NCBI GenBank assembly: GCA_021325135.1
Contig: JAJPHT010000039.1
Coordinates: forward strand, 32,001 to 96,000
DNA length: 64,000 bases
Direction of reading: 5' to 3'
Origin: Pseudomonadota bacterium
GTDB lineage: Archaea > Thermoplasmatota > SW-10-69-26 > JACQPN01 > JAJPHT01
The position numbers and the translations under genes were made by a program. This document shows positions 56,660 to 64,000 of the stretch, in pieces. How positions within the stretch are numbered: the first letter of the stretch is position 1; each line of letters begins with the position of its first letter. The notes under the pieces are model-generated. The model was not told the DNA's origin, made no database searches, and saw nothing but the letters and a program-made list of their open reading frames with translations.

Positions 56660-57166
56660 GTGGCCGAGAAGCTCCCGCTGTGGGCCAACGTCCGCTGGTT
56701 CCAGGTCGTCTGGGCCGCGCTCTCCGCCGTCCTGGGCTATCAATTGTGGGAGCACTTCGCCGGGCGGGCCCTCCTCTCGGGGGCGGGGGTCGTCTGGCGC
56801 ATCCTCGCCCTGGGCTTCGGCCTGCTCGCGTTCCTCATCTACCTCCAGAACGTGTACCGCCACGGCCTGGTGCCGGACTACTCGAAGACGTGCCGCTACT
56901 GCCACGGGCCCGTGAACCGCTACAGCGAGTTCTGCGAGCACTGCGGCGCCGACCTCCTCGACCCGGCCAAGTTCATCGCATGCCCCCGCTGCGGCGTGGA
57001 CCTCTACGAAGGCACGGCGTACTGCCCCGAGTGCGGCGCGGCCGTCGCGCGGGCGGCGAAGGGCAAGCGGGCGAAGAAGGGGAAGGGCAAGGCGCCCGAG
57101 GCCCTCCCGCCGCCGCAGGAGCCCATCGACGCGGTGTCGGGCTTCCCGCCGCGCGAGGACGAATGA
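56660..57166 (+). CDS. Membrane protein with double zinc ribbon
   Basis: 2 TM segments; CRYC, FCEHCG, CPRCG, YCPECG. Confidence 0.8.
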   Translation: MAEKLPLWANVRWFQVVWAALSAVLGYQLWEHFAGRALLSGAGVVWRILALGFGLLAFLIYLQNVYRHGLVPDYSKTCRYCHGPVNRYSEFCEHCGADLLDPAKFIACPRCGVDLYEGTAYCPECGAAVARAAKGKRAKKGKGKAPEALPPPQEPIDAVSGFPPREDE

Positions 57167-57420
57167 GACGGAGGCCGCCGCACGGAGATGTACGACCGTG
57201 CGGCGACTGGCGCTAGCAACCTCGTCTCACATTTGATGGTTTCTGGCGAGGACGTTGAAACGAGAGGCAACCAACCTGTTGCCTGGACAAGGATCGCCGC
57301 CCCGGTGTGGTTGGAGCAAGGGAGGCTAAGGCCGGGGCGGCGTCGCGCCTTCCGAGGGGGCCGCCCGGTTTGAAGTCCGTCGTCATGACATGGAATCGAC
57401 GCGGTTGCCCAACGGTCAAA
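57164..57420. other. Hairpin-rich intergenic region (candidate structured RNA)
   Basis: Perfect stems 57176-85/57196-205, 57265-71/57278-84 and 57295-305/57332-42; enclosing stem 57164-74/57220-29. Confidence 0.4.
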
Positions 57421-57445
57421 TAGCCCCCACCCGCCTCGCGGAGGC

Positions 57446-58666
57446 GTGACGCGCCGCCGGGACGCCAAGCTCTCCAGCTTCGGCCCCGCGGAGGAGCCCG
57501 AGAGCCCCTCGCGCGGCGCCGAGGAGCCCCCCGCCCTGGCGGTCTCCACCCTGGTGGGGCTCGTGGACCGCGCGATCAAGGGCGACGACCGCTTCGCCGA
57601 CGTCTGGGTCCGCGGCGAGGTGTCCGGCTTCCGGCCCGCCGCGTCGGGCCACTGGTACTTCGACCTCAAGGACGAGGGCGCGCTGCTCCACGCCGCCATG
57701 TTCCGCGCCGACAACGGGCGCCTCAAGTGGCAGCCCGAGGACGGCGCCGAGGTGCTGGCGCGAGGACGCGTCGCGATCTACTCCTCCCGGAGCGAGCTTC
57801 AGGTCGTCGTCAAGGACCTGCGTCCCGTGGGCGTCGGCGCGCTGGCCCTCGCGTTCGAGCAGCTTCGCCGCCGCCTGGAGGCCGAGGGCCTTTTCGCGCC
57901 GGAGCGCAAGCGCCCCATCCCGCAGTTCCCCTCGCGCATCGGCGTCGTCACGAGCCTCTCGGGCGCCGTGCTGCGCGACGTCGCGCGCACCGCAGCGCGC
58001 CGCTTCCCCGCCGCGCGCCTCCTGGTCGCGGACGCCCGCGTGCAGGGCGAGGGCGCGGCCGAGAGCGTCGCGCGCGGCATCGAGCGCCTCAACGCGCGCG
58101 GCCACGTGGACGCCATCATCGTCGCGCGCGGCGGCGGCTCCATGGAGGACCTCTGGGCGTTCAACGAGGAGCGCGTCGTGCGCGCCGTCGCCGCCTCCGC
58201 CGCTCCGGTGGTCAGCGCCGTGGGGCACGAGACGGACTTCACGCTCTGCGACTTCGCGGCCGACCTGCGCGCGAGCACGCCCACCGCGGCGGCCGAGGCG
58301 CTCACCCCCGACGCGGGCGAGCTTCTCGCGTGGGTGGGCGAGTCCGAGGCGCGCCTCGTGCGCGCGCTGGAGGACCTCGTCCCGGACCTCCAGCAGGGGC
58401 TCGACGAGCGCGTGGAGCGCGCCGCGGCCGCCATGCGCCGCCGCGTTGCACGCGAGGCGGACCTGCTGGCGCAGCGCGCGGGCCGCCTCGAATCGCTATC
58501 ACCCCTCGCCGTGCTGGCGAGGGGCTACGCCGTCGCGAAACGCGAAGGCAGGCTCGTGCGCGAGGTCGCGGACGCTCCCCCCGGAAGCGAGGTGGAGGTC
58601 GTCCTGCGCGACGGCGCGCTCTGGGGCAAGGTCACGAAGGTGAGACGCCATGGCGAAGAAGGCTGA
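57446..58666 (+). CDS. xseA: Exodeoxyribonuclease VII large subunit
   Basis: VWVRGEVS, SGHWYFDLKD, ARGGGS.EDLWAFNEE, GHETD, TPTAAAE, SP..VL.RGY. Confidence 0.95.
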   Translation: MTRRRDAKLSSFGPAEEPESPSRGAEEPPALAVSTLVGLVDRAIKGDDRFADVWVRGEVSGFRPAASGHWYFDLKDEGALLHAAMFRADNGRLKWQPEDGAEVLARGRVAIYSSRSELQVVVKDLRPVGVGALALAFEQLRRRLEAEGLFAPERKRPIPQFPSRIGVVTSLSGAVLRDVARTAARRFPAARLLVADARVQGEGAAESVARGIERLNARGHVDAIIVARGGGSMEDLWAFNEERVVRAVAASAAPVVSAVGHETDFTLCDFAADLRASTPTAAAEALTPDAGELLAWVGESEARLVRALEDLVPDLQQGLDERVERAAAAMRRRVAREADLLAQRAGRLESLSPLAVLARGYAVAKREGRLVREVADAPPGSEVEVVLRDGALWGKVTKVRRHGEEG

Positions 58667-58871
58667 GCCGACGTTCGAGGAGGACATCGAGGCGCTCGAC
58701 GGCATCGTCGCGCAGCTCGAAGGCGGGGAGCTTGGGCTCGACGAGTCGCTGAAGCGCTTCGAGGAGGGCGTGGCCCTCGCGCGCAAGCTCCGCGCGCGCC
58801 TCGACGCCGCGCAGGGGCGCATCGAGGAGCTTCTGGAAACGGGCGAGGTCAGGCGGCTGGACCTGGAGTAG
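58650..58871 (+). CDS. xseB: Exodeoxyribonuclease VII small subunit
   Basis: FEE....L..IV..LE.G.L.LDESL..FEEGV.L. Confidence 0.93.
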   Translation: MAKKAEPTFEEDIEALDGIVAQLEGGELGLDESLKRFEEGVALARKLRARLDAAQGRIEELLETGEVRRLDLE

Positions 58872-60501
58872 CGAGGCTCACCACGCTGCGCCGGCCCTCG
58901 CGGACGACGACCACCGCGCCGCGGCGCTCCAGCGCCTTCACGTGGTGGTTCGCTCCCTGCTGGCTGATGCCCAGGCGGCGCGCGATCTCGGGCTGCGCCA
59001 GGGGGCCCTCGCGCAGGAGGGCCAGCACCTGCGCCTGCGCGGGCGAGGCGCCGGACGCGGGCTCGCCGCGGGGCGCGCCGCCGGCCGGGTAGAAGCGCCG
59101 CCACGCGCCCTCGCGGCGGCTCGCGACGAGCTGCGCGCGCTCCAGCATGCGGAGGTGGTGCAGGAGCGCGCCCGTGGGGAGCGCGGCGCGGCGCTGAAGC
59201 TCGCCCAGGTGGATGCCGGGCTCCGCCGCGACGAGGGCGTGGATCTCTCGGCGCACCTCGTGGTCCAGGAGGTCGGGCGCGGCCAGGCGCGTGTAGAGCG
59301 CGGCGAAGGGCGCCAGGAGGGCCCAGCGCCACCGCTCGCGGCGCAGGAGAAGCGCGCCCGAGCCCACGGCGAGCCCGGCCGCGGCGACGCCCGCGCCCCA
59401 GATGGGGAGCAGCGCGGCGCGCGGGGGCGCGGTGGTGGGCGGCACGGCGTCAACGGAGACGGTCGCGTTCGCGACGCCGCGCTGCCACGCGCCCCCGTCG
59501 GAGGCCCGGAAGCGCAGCTGCGCGGCGAAGGTCCCCTTGGCGGGCGCGTCGGCGCTCGCCGCGATCGCGAAGGGGAGGGCGTGCGCCTCGCCGGGCAGGA
59601 GCGAGACGGGGCCCTGCGACCAGCTTGCGCGGAAGGAGGGGACCGGGCCCGAGGCGCCGGAGACGATGCCGCGCTCGGGCTCCAGAAGGACGGCCCGGCC
59701 GCCCGCGTTGCGCACGGTGACGTTGCCTGCGCGCTCGGAGCCCTATGGGACGACGACGGCGCCGCCCACCGAGACGTCCAGCGAGACGCCGTCCCGCGAG
59801 GACTCCCCCGCGTGATAGCGCGCGGGCAGGTCGATGGCGCCCAGGGGGCCCTCGACGCGCAGCGCCAAGGGGTAGAGCCCGTCGAGGGCGGGGCGCGCCG
59901 CGACGGGGAGCGCGAGGGTCAGCGTCGTGGCTGGAGGGAGGGCGGCGTCCTGCGCGGAGCCCTCCAGGGAGAGGCGCCCCGAGGGGTCGAGCACGGAGAT
60001 GCGGACGCGCAGCGGGACCGCGCCCGCGTTGCTCAGGCGCGCGAGGAGCGGCGCGTCCGCGGAGGCGTCCGCGCCGGAGACCTCGGCCGCGAGCGGGCCC
60101 TGCTGCGCGCGGGGAGGGCGGCCCGCGGCGTCCACGTCCAGCACCGCGACGCCCACGGGCGCGCCCTCCAGCGTGAGGGCGACCTCGTGCGGGCCATCCT
60201 GCGCGCCTGGAGAGACGCGCGCCACCGCCTGAAGGTCCAGCGACGTGCGCGGCGCCAGGGAGACGCGGGCGCGCGGCTCGACGGTGAAGGTGATATCACC
60301 CGTCGGGTCCGTCGCCGCGAGGACGCCCTCGGCGCGCGCGCCGCCCTCGTTGGAGACGCGCAGGGCGAGGCTCGCCTCCTGCCCGGGCTCCAGCGGAGCG
60401 GCGGGGGCGCGCAGCGTGGCGCGCGCCCCGTCCTCCAGCGCGAGGGCGCCGGGGAGGAGGAGCGCCCCCAGGAGCGCGGTGGCGAGGAGGCGGCGCAGCA
60501 T
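58849..60501 (-). pseudogene. Signal peptide + Ig-like ectodomain + TM + double winged-HTH regulator, interrupted by an in-frame TAG at 59743-59745
   Basis: Reads ...AVVVP*GSERAGNVTVRNAG... in one frame; C-terminus LDHEVRREIH..PGIHLGEL, HHLRML, HHVKALE. Confidence 0.7.
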
Positions 60502-60506
60502 GGCGC

Positions 60507-61601
60507 TCACGAGGCGTAGACCGCGGCGGCGAACGAGTCCGTCGTCACGCCCAGCGTGGGGTCGGAGGGCGTGTAGGCCACATCGACGAGCACGACGTAG
60601 AGGCCGGGCCCCGCGGGCAACGCGACGGGGAGCACGGTGCCGCTGGCGGCGTACCTGCCCGAGGCGTCTGCGCTGTAGACGCTGAAGGGCTTCGCGGGCG
60701 TGGCGTGGCCCGACGCCTCGCCGCCCACGCTCCAGCGCACCGTGGGGAAGAGCACGAGGCCCGTCGTGGGCACGGGCGCGCTGGCGCTGGCGTTGCCGCC
60801 CACCGCGCCGGTGACGCCGGGCACCGTGGCCGCCGCGCCGCCGGCCGCGCCCGTGGAGACCTGCGTGCCGTTGGAGAGGAAGACGGCGCGGACCGTGACC
60901 TGCGAGACGTCGGCCTCCAGGCCGCTCCTCACGGTGAAGTTGGCGCGCAGGCCGACGCCGGACGCGCTGGCCGTGACGACGGGCTGGCCGTCCATCTGGA
61001 AGGTGCGCGCGTTGACGCTGGCCTCCACGAAGTCGCGCACGTCCTTGGACGAGTGGCCGCTGGCGCGGGCCGCGCAGTCGCGGTGCGACCAGTCGAAGCC
61101 GATCGTCGCGACGTAGGGCGCGCCCTCGGGAAGAACGACGTCGGTGGCGCGAGTGGCCTGGTCGCGGTCCACGGCCCACCAGAGGGTGATCTCGGAGTTG
61201 TTCTGGGCGGCGCCGTCCCAGCTGTCCGCGCCGGCCTGGCTCCACCCCTCGCCGCCCTCGACCTTGAGGAGCTTGACGGGGATGGCGCGGCCCCCGACGG
61301 AGAGGTCGAGGCGCAGCGCGTGGATGGCCACGTCGCTGAAGTTGAGCGACTGGTTGGTGAGGCCCGGGTGGGTCACGCTCACCTGGAGGCGCATCGTGCC
61401 GTGGGAGTCGGGAAGGTCCTGGCCCGCGATCTGCGTCGCGCCCGACGAGAGGATGGGCAGCGTGCGCGCCTCCTCCTTGAGCAGCGTGAGCGCGACCTGG
61501 GTGGGCACGTCCTGGGGCGTGCAGGTGTCGGTGCATCCGGCCAGGAGGCCGGCGCCCAGGAGAAGGGCAACGAGGGCGAGGGGTCGTGAGATGGCGGTCA
61601 T
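60507..61601 (-). CDS. Hypothetical lipoprotein
   Basis: LLAGC lipobox; beta-rich; directly upstream of the regulator. Confidence 0.75.
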   Translation of the reverse strand: MTAISRPLALVALLLGAGLLAGCTDTCTPQDVPTQVALTLLKEEARTLPILSSGATQIAGQDLPDSHGTMRLQVSVTHPGLTNQSLNFSDVAIHALRLDLSVGGRAIPVKLLKVEGGEGWSQAGADSWDGAAQNNSEITLWWAVDRDQATRATDVVLPEGAPYVATIGFDWSHRDCAARASGHSSKDVRDFVEASVNARTFQMDGQPVVTASASGVGLRANFTVRSGLEADVSQVTVRAVFLSNGTQVSTGAAGGAAATVPGVTGAVGGNASASAPVPTTGLVLFPTVRWSVGGEASGHATPAKPFSVYSADASGRYAASGTVLPVALPAGPGLYVVLVDVAYTPSDPTLGVTTDSFAAAVYAS

Positions 61602-61764
61602 CGGGCCTTCCAGCCAGGGGGCGGAGATGAGCAGATTGGGGGGCCTCTTTGTACCTTATTTAACCCCTTCGCGGGAAGAGGGCAGGGCGGGTCCGGACCC
61701 GGGGCGACTCCTTATGACCTGCCCGGGACGAGGTTTCCTTGTGCCCCTCGCCCGCGCTGGCCCC

Positions 61765-62130
61765 GTGACGGCCCTCTGGGAGCCCGCGACCCGGCGCCTG
61801 CGGCTGGAGTTCCGCGCGGCGCCCGCCGAGACCCGCGCCCAGCGCGACGCCTTCGAGGAGCAGGTCCGCGGCTGGGTCGGCTTCGAGGAGCCCTACGTCG
61901 TCATCGCCTGCTGCGAGAACGGCGAGGCGGCGCCCGTCGCGTGGCGCGTCTTCTGGGCGCAGTTCTTCCGCGCCTCGCGCCACCCGCCGCGCGTCGCGTG
62001 CTTCGGCCTCACGCCCTCGGAGCGGTTCTTCATGGGCGTGATGGGCCCCCTCATGCGCATGGACGCGCAGGCCTTCCCCAGCGAGGGCGAGGCCCTGGCG
62101 TGGCTGGAGACCGCGCCCACCGCCACATAG
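61765..62130 (+). CDS. STAS/SEC14 (SpoIIAA)-like hypothetical protein
   Basis: RVACFG, C-terminal FPSEGEALAWL; start uncertain. Confidence 0.6.
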   Translation: MTALWEPATRRLRLEFRAAPAETRAQRDAFEEQVRGWVGFEEPYVVIACCENGEAAPVAWRVFWAQFFRASRHPPRVACFGLTPSERFFMGVMGPLMRMDAQAFPSEGEALAWLETAPTAT

Positions 62131-62161
62131 GTTTATGGCCGGGGCGGCGTGGTGGTCCGCC

Positions 62162-63904
62162 ATGCCCCTGCCCCTCGTGCAGCGCCCCGCGGTCGCCACC
62201 GCCGGCGCCCCGCGCCGGGGCACGCGCATCGTCCTGTTCGACGGATACGTGGACGAGCCCGCCAACTTCGGCGTGCCCCCCTACCTGAGCCCGCACGCGC
62301 GCTACCTCGCGGGCGCGGCCAAGGCGGCCGACCCCGCCTCCGAGGTCCGTTACCTGACCATCGACGAGTGGCGCCGCGGGAGCGCCAAGAACGACCTTGT
62401 GCGCAAGGCCGACGTGCTCGTGATGATCGCGGGCGCGCTGGTGCCGGGCAAGTACCTGCGCGGCACGCCCGTCTCGTTCCGCGAGGCCCAGGAGATCGTG
62501 CGGCTCGTGCCGGGCGAGACGATGATCGCGGGCGCCAGCGCGCTCTACGGCTTCGGCCGCGGCGGAGGGCTTCCTCCCGCGGGCCGCGACGAGCTTGACC
62601 GCGTCTTCACCTACCGCGCGCGGCTGCACGCCGACGCCATGCTCCACGACGTGCTCACGGGCGCAGTCACGGACCGCAGCGTGGGCGGCAACCGCAAGCG
62701 CACCTTCGCGGAGTGGCGCGACTGGAGCGTGCGCGGCGCGTTCGTCGTGCGCGATCACCCCGACCTGCCCCAGCCGCTCACGGCCGAGCTTGACACGTAC
62801 CACGGCTGCGTGCGCTACGTGAACGGCGGCTGCGCGTTCTGCATGGAGCCCAAGGAGGGGAAGCCGCAGTTCCGCCCCGTGGGGGATGTCGTGGCGGAGG
62901 TCGCCGCGCTGGCGGCCCACGGTGTCGAGAACTTCCGCGTCGGCGGGCAGGCATGCTTCTACAGCTATCACGCCAAGGGGCTGGGCGAGACGCCGACGCC
63001 CGAGCCGAACCCCGCCGCCATCGAGGCGCTGCTGCGCGGCATCCACAAGGCCGCCCCGCGCCTGCACACGCTCCACCTGGACAACGTGGACCCCGCGGTG
63101 GTGGCCGCGAACCCCGAGGCCGCGGACGAGGTGACGAAGCTCGTCGTGCGCCACATGACCGACGGCAACATCGCCGCCTTCGGCCTGGAGAGCGCGGACC
63201 CCGCGGTGAAGGAGGCCAACAACCTCAACGCGGACGCGGAGATCGTCTTCCAGGCCGCGGAGATCCTCAACCGGCACGGCAAGGTCCGCGGCCCCAACGG
63301 CTTCCCCGCGTTCCTGCCGGGGCTCAACTTCATCGCGGGCCTGCCCGGCGAGAGCGCGGCGACCTACGAGATGAACAAGTCCTTCCTGCGCGAGTACGTC
63401 GCGCGGGGTCTCTGGGCGCGCCGCATCAACATCCGCAAGGTCGTCATGAACGGCATGGAGGGGCAGCACGTCGACCAGCGCCGCTTCCTGGACTTCAAGG
63501 ACTTCGTGCGCCACGAGATCGACCAGCCGCTCCTGCGCGCCATGTTCCCGCCAGGCACCGTGCTCAAGCGCGTGCTCACCGAGCAGCGCGACGGGAAGAC
63601 GACCTTCGGGCGCCCCATCGGGACCTACGCCATGCTGGTGGGCATCCCCTACGAGGTGCCCGAGAACGCGTGGGTCGACGTCGCGGTCACGGACTACGGC
63701 TTCCGCAGCCTGACCGGCGTCGCGGTGCCCTTCCGCGTGAACAAGGAGCCGCTCAAGGCGCTGGAGGCGCTGCCTGGCGTGGGCAAGAAGCGCGCGGTGC
63801 GGCTGAGCCTGAAGAGGCCCTTCCGCAGCGCGGCGGACGTGGAGAAGGCGCTGGACGACCCCGCGGTGGCGAAGCAGGTCGCGCCGCTCCTGAGCTACGA
63901 GTGA
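62162..63904 (+). CDS. Radical SAM protein with C-terminal TRAM-like and helix-hairpin-helix domains
   Basis: DGYVDEPA.FGVPPY, CVRYVNGGCAFC, FGLESAD, LPGLNF..GL.GE, LPGVGKKRA. Confidence 0.88.
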   Translation: MPLPLVQRPAVATAGAPRRGTRIVLFDGYVDEPANFGVPPYLSPHARYLAGAAKAADPASEVRYLTIDEWRRGSAKNDLVRKADVLVMIAGALVPGKYLRGTPVSFREAQEIVRLVPGETMIAGASALYGFGRGGGLPPAGRDELDRVFTYRARLHADAMLHDVLTGAVTDRSVGGNRKRTFAEWRDWSVRGAFVVRDHPDLPQPLTAELDTYHGCVRYVNGGCAFCMEPKEGKPQFRPVGDVVAEVAALAAHGVENFRVGGQACFYSYHAKGLGETPTPEPNPAAIEALLRGIHKAAPRLHTLHLDNVDPAVVAANPEAADEVTKLVVRHMTDGNIAAFGLESADPAVKEANNLNADAEIVFQAAEILNRHGKVRGPNGFPAFLPGLNFIAGLPGESAATYEMNKSFLREYVARGLWARRINIRKVVMNGMEGQHVDQRRFLDFKDFVRHEIDQPLLRAMFPPGTVLKRVLTEQRDGKTTFGRPIGTYAMLVGIPYEVPENAWVDVAVTDYGFRSLTGVAVPFRVNKEPLKALEALPGVGKKRAVRLSLKRPFRSAADVEKALDDPAVAKQVAPLLSYE

Positions 63905-63907
63905 GGC

Positions 63908-64000
63908 TCAGCTGTTCGGGTCGTAGGGGCAGAGCGTGATGGTGCCGCAGTGCAGCAGGCACGTGTGCACGGGGCTGGGCAGGCAGACGCCGGAGCCGCA
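63908..64000 (-). CDS. Partial CDS (3' end), Cys-rich
   Basis: My translation: ...CGSGVCLPSPVHTCLLHCGTITLCPYDPNS*. Confidence 0.55.
   Translation of the reverse strand, partial: CGSGVCLPSPVHTCLLHCGTITLCPYDPNS

Noticed and set aside
59743-59745. Genome-wide TAG recoding
   Set aside because: Many conserved genes here (argH, etfA, etfB, xseB) end at TAG at the expected length

Overview
Very GC-rich, densely coding window that reads as archaeal, most likely an uncultured high-GC Thermoplasmatota lineage (inferred). Support: a presenilin-type protease, a geranylgeranyl reductase, a PGF-CTERM protein, a tRNA without encoded CCA, TATA-like boxes ~25-30 nt before many starts, and many lipoproteins. 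Housekeeping content: argF, argH, arginase, acyl-CoA dehydrogenase-etfB-etfA, acyl-CoA carboxylase beta subunit, enoyl-CoA hydratase, dcd, rlmB-type methylase, xseAB, a radical SAM-HhH protein and tRNA-Thr(GGT). It is interspersed with many secreted or surface proteins, a VapBC pair and small regulators. No CRISPR array, integrase or transposase was seen. The most unusual items are: (1) an orphan Hcp (T6SS tube) homologue with a signal peptide, convergent with a halocin-C8-like Cys-rich precursor; (2) an 806-aa protein with a pore-forming-toxin-like beta-hairpin signature; (3) a synonymously diverged 63-bp duplication of the argF 3' end around a 76-bp hairpin spacer (attL/attR-like scar); (4) a histone-H1-like K/A/P tail fused to a V4R-like domain; (5) three small coiled-coil proteins with similar C-termini; (6) REP/REPIN-like palindromes, one holding an iteron-like GAATC array upstream of a ribbon-helix-helix gene; (7) an in-frame TAG interrupting a membrane-anchored regulator. 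All family calls come from motif recognition by eye, with no database search. Many starts were trimmed from the ORF track to the most plausible start codon.
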